NCBI GenBank assembly: GCA_002269645.1
Contig: NIVC01000024.1
Coordinates: forward strand, 829,437 to 893,436
Reading direction: 5' to 3'
DNA from: Macrostomum lignano
Taxonomy: Eukaryota
DNA: 64,000 nt
Positions 1 to 13,000 of the stretch are shown in pieces. The notes beneath the pieces are model-generated. The model saw nothing but the letters and a program-made list of their open reading frames with translations. It did not search any database and was not told where the DNA came from. Positions within the stretch are counted from its first letter, which is position 1; the number at the start of each line of letters is the position of its first letter. The position numbers and the translations under genes are program-made.

Positions 1-475
1 CTGTTAGATATTGAGGTCACCTGTTAGATATTGAGGTCACCTGTTAGATATGAGGTCACATGTTAGATATGAGGTCACATGTTAGATATTGAGTTCACCT
101 GTTAGATATTGAGTTCACCTGTTAGATATTGAGGTCACCTGTTAGATACTGAGGTCACCTGTTAGATATTGAGGTCACCTGTTAGATATTGAGGTCACCT
201 GTTAGATATTGAGGTCACCTGTAAGATATTGAGGTCACCTGTTAGATATTGAGGTCACCTGTAAGATATTGAGTTCACCTGTAAGATATTGAGTTCACCT
301 GTTAGATATTGAGGTCACCTGTAAGATATTGAGGTCACCTGTTAGATATTGAGGTCACCTGTAAGATATTGAGTTCACCTGTAAGATATTGAGTTCACCT
401 GTAAGATATTGAGTTCACCTGTTAGATATTGAGGTCACCTGTTAGATATTGAGGTCACCTGTTAGATATTGAGAC
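1..475. repeat. 20-bp minisatellite (GTTAGATATTGAGGTCACCT)n, runs off window start
   Basis: Near-identical 20-bp units visible directly; no unique spacers. Confidence 0.95.
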
Positions 476-1215
476 TCAGAGATCACCTGTAAGACTCAGA
501 GATCACCTGTAGGACTCAGAGATCACCTGTAGGACTCAGAGATCGCCTGTAAGTCTCAGAGATCACCTGTAGGACTCAGAGATCACCTGTAGGACTCAGA
601 GATCGCCTGTAAGTCTCAGAGATCACCTGTAAGACTCAGAGATCACCTGTAGGACTCAGAGATCACCTGTAGGACTCAGAGATCACCTGTAGGACTCAGA
701 GATCACCTGTAAGACTCAGAGATCACCTGTAAGACTCAGAGATCACCTGTAGGACTCAGAGATCACCTGTAAGACTCAGAGATCACCTGTAGGACTCAGA
801 GATCACCTGTAAGACTCAGAGATCACCTGTAAGACTCAGAGATCACCTGTAAGACTCAGAGATCACCTGTAGGACTCAGAGATCACCTGTAAGACTCAGA
901 GATCACCTGTAAGACTCAGAGATCACCTGTAAGACTCAGAGATCACCTGTAAGACTCAGAGATCACCTGTAGGACTCAGAGATCACCTGTAAGACTCAGA
1001 GATCACCTGTAAGCCTCAGAGATCACCTGTAGGACTCAGAGATCACCTGTAAGACTCAGAGATCACCTGTAGGACTCAGAGATCACCTGTAAGTCTCAGA
1101 GATCACCTGTAGGACTCAGAGATCACCTGTAGGACTCAGAGATCACCTGTAGGACTCAGAGATCACCTGTAGGACTCAGAGATCACCTGTAGGACTCAGA
1201 GATCACCTGTAAGAC
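476..1215. repeat. 20-bp minisatellite (GTAGGACTCAGAGATCACCT)n
   Basis: About 37 tandem units ending just before the acceptor TTGCAG at 1225-1230. Confidence 0.95.
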
Positions 1216-1230
1216 TCTCATAATTTGCAG

Positions 1231-4200
1231 ATTCATCTAGAGCGCGAAAGACGCAGGGCAGAGTCGGAGGCGGCGCAGCGGGTTCAGCAGCACGCTGCAG
1301 CGCTGATGGAGCGCCGGAGGCTGGCTGCCGCATCCGCCGATGCCTTGGGTCCCGATGGCCAAAAACTGACCGCTGCTCAAGCGGTGGAGGCAGCTCGAAG
1401 AGACGTTGAAATTGTGAGTTCACTGGAGCCGTTGAAAAGTACTCTAACTGGAATGGAAATAAAAACAATTTATTTATCATTCTCACAATTGGCTACTGTT
1501 GTTTGTTTCACTCAGTAGCGTATTGCGGACGCAATATTATAAAGTTTCAATATCCTGCTTCACTGCTGCACCTGTGTTTCGATTCCGTCACTGCGATATT
1601 TAGTTGAGATGCTTAACAACTGCCAAGTTTACTAACATATTCAACTCGTTCTGTCCACTGAGGTGCCGTTCATGTAAATATTGATCTAGTAGACATTGTC
1701 AGTATTGATCTAGTAGACATTGTCAGTATTGATCTAGTAGACAATGTCAGTATTGATCTAGTAGACAATGTCAGTATTGATCTAGTAGACATTGTCAGTA
1801 TTGATCTAGTAGACAATGTCAGTATTGATCTAGTAGACAATGTCAGTATTGATCTAGTAGACAATGTAAGTCTTGATCTAGTAGACATTGTCAGCATTGA
1901 TCTAGTAGACATTGTCAGTATTGATCTAGTAGACAATGTCAGTATTGATCTAGTAGACAATGTCAGTATTGATCTAGTAGACAATGTCAGTATTGATCTA
2001 GTAGACATTGTCTGTATTGATCTAGTAGACAATGTCAGTATTGATCTAGTAGACATTGTCAGTATTGATCTAGTAGAAATTGTCAGTATTGATCTAGTAG
2101 ACATTGTCAGTATTGATCTAGTAGACATTGTCAGTATTGATCTAGTAGAAATTGTCAGCATTGATCTAGTAGACATTGTCAGTAGTGATCTAGTAGACAA
2201 TGTCAGTATTGATCTAGTAGACAATGTCAGTATTGATCTAGTAGACATTGTCAGTATTGATCTAGTAGACATTGTCAGTATTGATCTAGTAGACAATGTC
2301 AGTATTGATCTAGTAGACATTGTCAGCATTAATCTAGTAGACAATGTCAGTATTGATCTAGTAGAAATTGTCAGTATTGATCTAGTAGACATTGTCAGTA
2401 TTGATCTAGTAGACAATGTCAGTATTGATCTAGTAGACATTGTCAGCATTAATCTAGTAGACAATGTCAATATTGATCTAGTAGACAATGTCAGTATTGA
2501 TCTAGTAGACATTCTCAGTATTGATCTAGTAGACATTGTCAGTATTGATCTAGTAGACAATGTCAGTATTGATCTAGTAGACAATGTCAGTATTGATCTA
2601 GTAGACAATGTCAGTATTGATCTAGTAGACATTCTAAGTATTGATCTAGTAGACATTGTCAGTATTGATCTAGTAGACAATGTCAGTATTGATCTAGTAG
2701 ACAATGTCAGTATTGATCTAGTAAACATTGTCAGTATTGATCTAGTAGAAATTGTCAGTATTGATCTAGTAAACATTGTCAGTATTGATCTAGTAGAAAT
2801 TGTCAGTATTGATCTAGTAAACATTGTCCATATTGATCTAGTAGACATTGTCAGCATGCCAGTGTAGAGTGTCTAGTAGACCCTGTCCGAGTTATTCAGC
2901 CCGCAGAATGCCTCAAACTGACTCAAATCGCACACCGCTTGCTCCAAAAAACAGCTTAACGATCTGCAGAAGTCCCTGTTTTCAGCCACTGGGCGTTTGG
3001 CCCTGTGGCATTGAGAAGGACAGCAGCAGTTGAAATGAAAATGGTAGTGCCAAGAGAGCAACTGAGCGACCTGGGAGAGCCGCGTGAGTGCCCTGGAGTG
3101 GTTGGTATTGGCAACCGATTGCGTTAACTAAAAACGCTTATTTCCAAAGTAAAAAATGGTCTCTAAACTTACTCTCGCGTGAATTGCAGACTTCCTAATG
3201 CATAGCAACATTATCATTTGTAGTCTGGGGCACTGCATAGCGTTGACCTTCAAGCACTTTGTCCGTCCATCCAGCACTATACTACTTTCAATAGCTGACC
3301 TTGTGTTTTTCGCATGAGTCTTGGCAGAAGCAGGCCAATACATGTACATGTAGCGACAGAGTCTCTTGGTTCGGAAAAACCTTGCAGGAAAACCTCAGCT
3401 GGAAAACAATTATGCACTCATTTTAACAAAACTGAACAGTGTATGCAGGTCTAGACAATGTCAATATAGCTATAGTATCTGCAGAGCTTTTAATTTTCTC
3501 ACCTGTCTGTTCTGTTTTAATTTTTATACTAACTTGCGCCACGCATTTCGAATTCCACTTTTACTTTAATTTCTACTTTAACTATTTTGATCTTGTCATT
3601 TATTTGTTATTTTTATAAACCATGCAATATAGCGGAAAAATAGCTAGTCACAACAAAAACTACATTGTGAAACTTCTAGAGAAATTACTAAAACGTATAA
3701 TTTGTTAAAACGCTGTTGCACCAACCGTTAGAAAAATATTCGATAAACCATTAAAACCGTAAGAAATGCAAATTTTACTCAATAAATACTGTAATAGCAA
3801 TAATAAAAACCAGTAATAATCAAGCATTTTTATACAGAATTCAAGCATTTGTACCAAATTTATAAAAAATCGGGCAAAATAAAATTGGAAAATACTGTTG
3901 TCTTTGTTGCGAGTAATATAAGAAGCCAACATTTCTTTAAACTTTGAGAAAGTTCTAGTGTATGGCAAAATTTTTATCCTGAGAGTTCTGACCGTCTGAA
4001 AAGCCATGTACCTACAGTTACTATTGCAAATTTAATTTTAACAAATCTAAAAATATGCACTTGTTGTTAATTCCGAAAACAAGCTGTATAACAACTTCTA
4101 TATTACAATTGTAATTTTTTCACCTATACTTTCAAAAGAGTCTTAATTCCAGAAAAATATAGACTTCACTTCTAAACCTCATAATTTAGTAGTTAAAGAG

Positions 4201-4546
4201 TTATACTGCGCAAAAATTTCTGTTATTTTAAAATAAAAATCGGACAATTCGAAACGTCTTTAAAAATCGTCATTAAAATTTAGTTTAATATAAATAAATT
4301 TAGGAACAATAACATAATTGAAAGTATTAGTCAAAAGTGCATGGGCTTGCTTTAGCGTGTACTACGTATTTGCTGAGAAATTCAAAATAGTTTAACTCAA
4401 CTATTTATCGAATATCAATCCATCCCTTTCAGGCTATGGAGATGCAACGGGAGCTGGCGCTTCGTCGAGCCCAACTGGAGACTCGAACCCTGGCCCTCGT
4501 TAAGGACGGCAGACAGAGGAGGCCAGTTGAGGATAGGAAAAGTTGA
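1231..4546 (+). CDS. 3' exons of an unidentified coiled-coil protein (exons 1231-1413, 4433-4546; 5' part outside window)
   Basis: AG at 1229-30, IHLERERRRAESEAAQRVQQ...RRDVEI, GTGAGT donor at 1414 (phase 0). Acceptor CCCTTTCAG at 4432 gives AMEMQRELALRRAQLETR...DRKS-stop in phase 0. The exon pairing is inferred. Confidence 0.5.
1680..2850. repeat. 24-bp minisatellite (ATTGATCTAGTAGACATTGTCAGT)n, intronic
   Basis: Tandem 24-mers; explains the repetitive TMSTRSIL ORF. Confidence 0.95.
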
Positions 4547-5023
4547 TGGGAGAACAAAGTTGCCTCTCTGCACTCCACAGTGTTGTCAAATACGAGTATC
4601 ACTAAAACGCATATTTGTATTGACTAGCTAAACCCTGATCTTTTAAATAATAACTGGCTGATTAATGATAAAAAATTTGCAGTCTCTACTACCGAGTAGC
4701 GCTGTTCGAATGTTTTTGCTAGAATTTCTTGTTATTCATTCGTTCGTCTATTTTTTATTTTCTGCAAATAATAATTTTCCTAGAATCAAAATACAAATTC
4801 GAGATATGTATTATAGGGCCGCGAGAGCGTTCTTCCGTGTTTTTCAAGTTTTTTCAGGTACAACATCATGCACGATTAGCCAGCTGAATCACCGCTTCAG
4901 GAAGATTTCGGGTGAACTGCGTGCCTGCAAAAGTGCGCCCCATTAGTCAGCTGCGAAAGAGGATCATGAAACACCTGTTGTTTATACTGTTCCCCCGTCT
5001 GTCTGCCCTTCAGTCCTAGTTCC

Positions 5024-5043
5024 TGTCTGTCTGTCTGTCTGTC

Positions 5044-5083
<40 letters not shown>

Positions 5084-5114
5084 GCCTGTCTGTCTGTCTG
5101 TCTGTCTGTCTGCC

Positions 5115-5147
<33 letters not shown>

Positions 5148-5150
5148 GCC

Positions 5151-5183
<33 letters not shown>

Positions 5184-5242
5184 GCCTGTCTGTCTGCCTG
5201 TCTGTCTGTCCGTCTGCCTGTCTGTCTGCCTGTCTGTCTGTG

Positions 5243-5291
<49 letters not shown>

Positions 5292-5382
5292 GCCTGTCTG
5301 TCTGCCTGTCTGTCTGTCCGTCTGCCTGTCTGTCTGCCTGTCCGTCTGCCTGTCTGTCTGCCTGTCTGTCTGTCTGTCTGCC

Positions 5383-5415
<33 letters not shown>

Positions 5416-5418
5416 GCC

Positions 5419-5451
<33 letters not shown>

Positions 5452-5498
5452 GCCTGTCTGTCTGCCTGTCTGTCTGTCCGTCTGCCTGTCTGTCTGCC

Positions 5499-5559
<61 letters not shown>

Positions 5560-5700
5560 GCCTGTCTGTCTGCCTGTCTGTCTGTCCGTCTGCCTGTCTG
5601 TCTGCCTGTCTGTCTGTCTGTCTGTCTGCCTGTCTGTCTGCCTGTCTGTCTGTCTGTCCGTCTGCCTGTCTGTCTGTCTGTCTGTCTGTCTGTCTGCCTG
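5024..5700. repeat. (TCTG)n/(CCTG) tetranucleotide microsatellite
   Basis: Direct inspection. Confidence 0.95.
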
Positions 5701-5805
5701 TCATATTCAAAAGCCATATTTCTGATTATTGTGACGCCAGATAAAATCATTGGATTTGATATTCACTTTGTCAAAATACTTCAGCTTCCAGCCTCCCTGC
5801 ATCAG

Positions 5806-6805
5806 ATGTCCGGGCCAAAGCCAAATGAGATTAGCGAGGAGCAGCGAGTCGAGTTCAAGCTTATGTTCGACTCCTTCGTCAAGAATGAGGAGCGCACAGT
5901 GCTGCCGGAGGATCTGGAGATGATGATGCGGAAGTTGGGCTTCCACCCGTCCAAGATGGAGATCCAGGTGCGAAATTATGAAATCATTTCGCCTTTCTCT
6001 GTTAATATTATATCTCTTAAAACACCTACTCTACATTTGCCCCTGTCTCACCCTACCTCTCTCTCTACCTCTCTACCCTGTGCCTCTCTACCCCGTCTTT
6101 TCCGCTCTATCATATTCAGTCTGCATATTGAATAACTTTAGTCCATCTTCATTCATATGTGTCTGCTTCACTCCCAACTATCTTTTTTTCTGCCACTTTG
6201 CCCTTTAGCTACATGTACCTATCTTGGTGCCCATTCACAGACGTGAAAGCAACCGTTTTCCACCAAAACAACAAAAAAGCATAATAGTACACTTCTGTTT
6301 TGTTGCGTGGGCTGGAAATGTTGCACTTTTCTGCTTTGATAGGATCGACTTGATTAGAAAGGTTACAGTAGACATTCACTAGTGAAAAGTTCTGCTGTAC
6401 TCTGCGTTCAATTATCCAATTCTCTACGCTTGGCTTGCTCTCTCATGGCTGTTGTCAGTTGCACAAAGCTGTCACAGAACTCGTCGCTCACTCGCACAGG
6501 GCATGATCGAGGAGATCGACACGGACGGCTCCGTGACCATCAACGGCATGTCCTACGAGCAGTTCGAGCTGCTGGCGGCTAGAAAAGCTCACGACGACAT
6601 CAGCTCGGAGGACATCACGGATGCTTTCCGTGTGTTCGACCGGGACGCCAACGGGTTCATCTCGGCAGCTGAGATTCGCAACGTTCTCACCCAGGTAGGC
6701 GAGACCTACACCGACGAGGAGATCGATGCGTTGCTACAGGCGGCGAAGCCGGACATGGACGGAAACATCAACTATGAGGACTTTGTGCAGAGAATGATGG
6801 AGTGA
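5806..6805 (+). CDS. Calmodulin-like EF-hand protein, 155 aa (exons 5806-5967, 6500-6805)
   Basis: MSGPKPNEISEEQRVEFKLMFDSF...LGFHPSKMEIQ|GT donor 5968; acceptor CACAG 6499; GMIEEIDTDG...FRVFDRDANGFISAAEIRNVLTQVGETYTDEEID...DGNINYEDFV. Colinear with calmodulin; both junctions phase 0. Confidence 0.88.
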
Positions 6806-7839
6806 CGTTAGATTCCGCGTGATCTGTAAATCCCGATTTAATTGACTAACCATGCGTGACTGACTGACAGCCATCCGAGGGATGGTTATTCAGCAAAGAC
6901 TACACATTTGAAAGAAAATAAACTCTCAGTTGAACATTTTAATTGACTCAATATTTGTCTACATGATCGAATGGTGCACAATGGTCAATGCGGTATATTC
7001 ATAGTTACCCTTGTGGTGCTATATATATATAGTTGCCAGCATTCCACTCAAGACAGCGCATTAACCTTTGTCTAGCGATTCCGAGGGTCGTGAAAAGACT
7101 TGTAAAATTTTATTCGTACCATTCATTCGCTCAGACCGGTTTAGAAGTTTGACTGTCAGCAGCTTCCACCGCGAATCCCAGGCCCTATTCAAGAACTCCA
7201 GGCATGCTAGTTATAGCGGGAGTTTGATAAGACCGGCAGACAGTTCCCGTGGTGCAAGCGGTAGAAAGGAACGCTGTTACCCCGGTATTGCTGCTGCTAC
7301 TGTTGTTGCTTCCGCTGTTGCTGGAAATTCCTTTCAGACATACAGGATGTGAACAGCGGACAAAGAGTAGCTGATGGCGGAGATTCATGTCTGGCTGTGT
7401 CAGTCGGTCACCAGTAAGCCGGTTTTGTTAACTAAAAAAACGAGTACGCGACTGTCTGGGAAGCTAAGCATGAATGCGCTTTGCATGACAGCCAACATCA
7501 TTCATCTTCTACTTCAGTCCCATTCTAAATTCTTTAGCGACCGGACACACCCACGCAGTGGAGAGGATGAGAAAAAATTCCTATAGACTGAGCAGCTATT
7601 CTTAGCTCAGCCGAGACGATTTTCTTTTTGGCACATTGCCAAGCAGACTAAAAAGCTTTTTTTGGCCTTTGAGGAACTTCCGCTCGTACTGTAGACTAGT
7701 GAACTTTTCTGCAACTTCAAGTTCCTAGTTTGAAGAAAGGGTTATGGTGTAGGACCTAATGATTTCAAATAAATTTGTACGAGGTACATAAGAGTAGTAG
7801 AACGATTGCAGATTGAAGTAGAATGATCGTCTTATCGGA

Positions 7840-8500
7840 GTAGAATGGTCGTAGAACGGGGTAGAATGGTCGTTTATAGGAGTAGAATGGTCGTAGAACG
7901 GGGTAGAATGGTCGTTTATAGGAGTAGAATGGTCGTAGAACGGAGTAGAATGGTCGAAGAACGAAGTAGAATGGTCGTAGAACGGAGTAGAATGATCGTT
8001 TATCGGAGTAGAATGGTCGTCTATCGGAGTAGAATGGTCGTCCATCGGAGTAGAAGGGTCGTAGAATGGAGTAGAATGGTCGTAGAACGGAGTAGAATGG
8101 TCGTCTATCGGAGTAGAATGGTCGTCTATCGGAGTAGAAAGGTCGTCCATCGGAGTAGAAGAGTCGTAGAATGGAGTAGAATGATCGTTTATCGGAGTAG
8201 AATGGTCGTCCATCGGAGTAGAATGGTCGTCCATCGGAGTAGAATGGTCGTAGAACTGAGTAGAATGATCGTTTATCGGAGTAGAATGGTCGTCTATCGG
8301 AGTAGAATGGTCGTCCATCGGAGTAGAAGGGTCGTAGAATGGAGTAGAATGATCGTTTATCGGAGTAGAATGGTCGTCCATCGGAGTAGAATGGTCGTAG
8401 AACTGAGTAGAATGGTCGTCCATCGGAGTAGAATGGTCGTAGAACTGAGTAGAATGGTCGTCTATCGGAGTAGAAGGGTCGTCCATCGGAGTAGAATAGT
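7840..8500. repeat. 21-bp minisatellite (GGAGTAGAATGGTCGTCTATC-type)
   Basis: Tandem 21-mers; explains DDHSTP / MVVERSR ORFs. Confidence 0.93.
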
Positions 8501-8765
8501 CGTAAATTTAAACCTGAATTTCAATGAACCGCTCAGCAACTAAGTTAGGGACGTTTGAGATGCGTTCATGTTTTAAAAGATGCCAACGGTGATAATCAAT
8601 CTTCCTCAATAGATATTAATAACCTCTGCAGTTTATTTATTTTGATTTAATTTTCGCTCTAACACAGCAGAGACATAATGTCTGTTCTATTCGAAAATCA
8701 GCATTGTTAGTCGAATGATCGTGCTCTAGGTCGAGCATCTGTCTTAAGCCTCGGGATTCGAAGGC

Positions 8766-9341
8766 TTAGTTGTTCCAATTGTGAGATGACAGGTAGTAAC
8801 GGCACCGGCGCTGCTGGGCCTCGTGCCACTGAGTCAGCCGGTTCAGCGGCAGGCACAGGCTGTCGATGCACTGCGTCAGGCTGTTGAAAATGAAGCCATG
8901 ATCGCGCCAGTTGTTAATGTCCTTGCTCCTCAGGTGCCGGCACTTGGTCTCAATCTTCTGGAAGGACACCTCATCGTCTTGGTTTTCGAAGGCTCTGCAA
9001 TTGTCAAGCATATAGAATCGATTTTGTAGTGGATGCAGGACTGACGGAGTGTCGGAGATGCAGACGTCTTACCTGATTAGATACTGCTTGGAAGCCAGGC
9101 AGGCTTCCTTGGAGGCAGTCAGGATGTATACAGTGCTGGAATGGTCGTACCGGTCGGTGGACAAGAACAAGGCGTACTCGCAGAAGTTGGCGTAGCCGCT
9201 GCAGCTGTTCTGCGGCTGGCGCGTCCGGATGATCTCGTACTGGCCGACTATGATGTCCGGGCTGCTGTCAGAGAGGCACTCGTAGCGGTAGGCCTCCACC
9301 GTCGCCAGGCACACGAAGATGACGACAGTCAGCAGGGTCAT
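8766..9341 (-). CDS. Small secreted Cys-containing protein, ~165 aa, family unrecognised (exons 9341-9073, 8994-8766)
   Basis: Signal peptide MTLLTVVIFVCLATVEA; phase-2 GTAAGA donor at 9072 matches TTGCAG acceptor at 8995 (78-nt intron) and joins in frame to AFENQDDEVSFQKIETKC...HNWNN-stop; 8 Cys in mature part. Confidence 0.7.
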
Positions 9342-9457
9342 CCGGTGCGGAATTCTACGGATTGGCATGGCTGCAGAGTGGCCGCTTATTAACTGAACGG
9401 TTGCAACTTGCCACTAGGAACTAAAGAACTGAAAAAGCGGAGACTGAATCCTTGCAA

Positions 9458-9521
9458 TTTATAGCGATAATATAGCCCGGGACTGGTTTGGCCTTTCAGT
9501 CTCTGTCAGGTCCCTGATTGG
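9458..9521 (-). promoter_or_regulatory. TATA box (9463-9458) and CCAAT box (9521-9516) upstream of the secreted orphan
   Basis: Reverse complement reads TATAAA ~120 bp upstream of the ATG, with CCAATC ~55 bp further upstream. Confidence 0.55.
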
Positions 9522-10019
9522 CCGAATGGGGAGCTGCGGAGACCCAGCTGATGTCGGTGTGCGTTCCCTCCCCCCTCCGGCCCACTCGCACCTGGATCAG
9601 GTAACGCCCAACCAGTTTATTTGCATATAGCTCTCATTGTCAATCGAGTATCGAGGCCTCGTTGTCGGGGAGAGAGAGGTCTGAAGTCTGTCGGAGCAAA
9701 AACATGTTTACCGGGCAAGAAAGCAGTTCTCCCTGTTCTCTTGGAGCACACCGATAATCAAATCAATACTTTGACTCTGCCGATACGGAGAAAAATATTG
9801 CTAGGCAAAAAAATCAACAGCTATCAAAAACTGCTACTTTGTTCCGTTCGAGATTTTTTATGCTTCCAGACTTTGAACAGCAAAAAACAACAAAATATAT
9901 TTTTTCGAGTAATTAAGCAAAAACGGAAATTAACGTTTAGCTTTGAATATAGCTTCTCTTGTATTGAACTGAAAGCGTTATGCTCACAAGCGAGTTATGC
10001 ATTTTCGGATCAGCAGTTT

Positions 10020-13000
10020 CTAGACGTCAAACGCGTGTTGAATTCTGCAGTGTCGAAGCTGCGCCTGGTAGGGAGAGAAAACCAGGCCGCAAAGCACCGC
10101 GTTATTGTCGTAGTTGAACTCGGCTGATTTGAACTCCGGGTTGAGGACAACCTGCGAGGCGTGCTGTATACGATTTTCAAAATGACACTTGCGTCCCGGC
10201 CATTGAAATGAAAGTAACAGTAGAACCTAATCTGTCTATTGCATGATGCACTCTTGACATTTACATCTACCGCGACACTTGCATGACGCTCCCACACGTG
10301 TAAGATAACCTTTGCGTCACACCCATGAACAGCTGAAGGACGTTGAAGGGCGCTGCACTTTTCTTTCTTAGAAATGAGCTGGATATGTTTCGTATCGCCA
10401 GTGCATTTAGATTGTTCTCGAGTATTCAAGCTCGATATATCAAGCTCGTTTCTTAGAAAATCGAATCTATACGAGCGTAGTGGCCTTCTACAATGCTTCA
10501 GTTTTTCATGGACACACACCGATTGTACCATGACCTTTGTGCCCGCTGGGCACTTATTCTTGCCTTTTAATGCCATAGACTACATTTAAGCCCGCTTGCA
10601 GGACTTTAAATGCTATAAACCATGGATGAAGGAATACACTGGATTGCTCATCTGAAATAGTCTATGGTCGAGTTCTTTCCTCCAAACTTGGAATTTACCC
10701 CCCCCCCCCTAGGAATCTATTGGCTGATGAAAGTTAAAAATAATCCCCCCGTAGGACTTGACTGGCTGCTGAATCAGTCAGGGGGAATTCGAAGATCGGG
10801 GTGTGAGTTTGACTTTGAGTGTTTTCATAGAATATTGTATGTAGCAGTATGTATCAAAGCAGACGAGCTGCAGAGAGAAGGGTGCATATACATGTAAGAA
10901 GGTAAGAGCTATTTGTCATTAATTTGAAGGAAATCCAAAGATGTATTTGATAGACTGATTCAGCAGCCAGTCAAGTCCTACGGGGGATTATTTTTAACTT
11001 TCATCAGCCAATAGATTCCTAGGGGGATAAATTCCAAGTTTGGAGGAAAGAACTCGACCACATACTATTTCAGATGAGCAATCCAGTGTATTCCTTCATC
11101 CATGCTATAAACGTACTTTAATGCAAATTAGCGGGCAGTTAAGTATAAGATATCGGCTCGAGGCATTTAATGACATTTAACGCCCGATTATTCTGTCCCA
11201 CTTTGTCAAGGACACAAATGTGTATGGCACAATAATAATAATACCCATGCTTTAAGGGCGTTAATGGGAAAATCAGAGGGCGCCGTTAGGCAAGTTATGA
11301 TGTTATTGATGCAAGTTGCATAGCAGGGGGTATCCATCTGCCCTCCCTTCCTAGGGTCTTTTCGAGGGCCGTGGGGATGGTGCATGGGGTGGTCACCCCC
11401 TGATATGCAACTTGCATCAAAAACATCATAACTTGCCTAACGGCGCCCTCTGATTTCCCATTAACGCCCTTAAAGCATGGGTATTACTGTACTATTCTTA
11501 CATCTTACCAGTGGCGGCGCAGGGGGGGGGGGCAGGGGGGGGGCAACTGCCCCCGGGTGACCACAGGTCACTGCCTCAAGGGGGGTGACCACCCCACCAT
11601 CCCCACGGCCCTCGAAAAGACCCTAGGAAGGGAGGGCAGATGGATACCCACTGCTATGCAACTTGCATCAATGATTAAAAATGCATTTTTATAAGAATTT
11701 TCGTGTCGTACATTCGTTTTGTAAGAAGTGTGTCATAATTTGTTCGTAATTCTTTACTTTCTTAGAAAATTTGTGTTCTAATTCAAATGTTATCATTTGT
11801 TTAATTACAATTGGTAGGGGAAGAAGGTGACCACCTAACTACTGCCCCCCCCCAACCAGAGATACTGCGGCTGTGCCGCCACCGCATCTTACATGGCACT
11901 CTTACATGAAATTTACATGACACAGACCGTCTCTTACATGTAAATTTACGTGGCATTATTTTTCACAGAAAAAAAGTTTCGCATACATGTACATTGACAC
12001 ACTCCGACGCTATACATGGCAATTGTATCACACGTACATGAGTGCATGACGAACATGTCGTTTGCATGATAAAAATCTGGCGCATACACGAGACAGTTCG
12101 ACACTTTTGCGTAACAACGATGAAAATTGCATGACTGTGCATAGAAACACACGCAATAACATTGCGATTTAAAGCTCACTCTAAATCGGTAAAACCCGAA
12201 CGGCAGATCCGTGATGTCAATCCACTGGCAGTCCAGATCGTGCAGGTAGTTATCGCTGCAGCCCACCGAGATGCCCTGATTGCCGGTGTCCCAGGGGTCC
12301 CTGCTGCACTGGTACTTCGGCTGCAGGCCTCCGCGGCACGAGCTGTCCTCCAGACAGAAGCTGGCCTTGTGCCCGCTGGCCAAAGCCAAATGGGTGCCAT
12401 TGCGCTGCTGATAGATTTCGTAGGCTGCAAAGTACGGCATGCTGTGGTAGTGCATGTGGCAGGTGTGCCATGTCCAGCTTTCGCTGCCGTTGTAGGGCCG
12501 GTAGTCACTGGTGCCGATGTTGCTCACTATGGTGGAGAACCGGAGCAGAGTGCGAAGGGCGTAGGGCCAGTCTGCGGGTTGTTGCGGAGAAATTAAATTA
12601 CCGATCTACTGTAAGTAGCAATGCGCGGCTTGTTGATTGTGATTTAATCTACTAAAATTTCATCATCCAGCTTCGTTATGGTTTGTCTGAATAAGCTTAT
12701 ATTATTGCTATTTTTGTTATAGTAAGCATAGTGCACGTGTTTTAGTATTTTAACTAGCAATCTAGTGGTTAAATTGACATTAAAAAACACACATCTTCTA
12801 AAGTACCACATTTTCTTAAAATTAACATCTTTCTTCAATGTTATAAATTGAGTATTGTTTGTCTAGTTTTTAGTCTAGTGTAGCTGAACTTTATTTATTG
12901 TCATTTTTTAAATCTGTTCAACGATTTATTTATTTATGGGCTGGTTTAATTATTGCCTATAGGTCGCCCGTTTTTTGTTTATTGTTTGTAGAATTAAATA

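Noticed and set aside
1670-2857. 395-aa ORF (TMSTRSIL)n and the similar long ORFs at 4982-5750, 7725-8543, 16492-17750, 20826-22078, 24429-25335, 30014-31250, 36254-37646
   Set aside because: They are translations of stop-free tandem repeats, open on several frames or strands at once, and mostly lie in introns defined by flanking homologous exons.
2986-3033. Alternative terminal exon PLGVWPCGIEKDSSS-stop for the coiled-coil gene
   Set aside because: Phase-compatible, but short and lacking the coiled-coil character of 4433-4546; cannot be supported without transcripts.
7068-7586. Short ORFs downstream of the calmodulin-like gene
   Set aside because: No motif, signal peptide or consistent splice partners.
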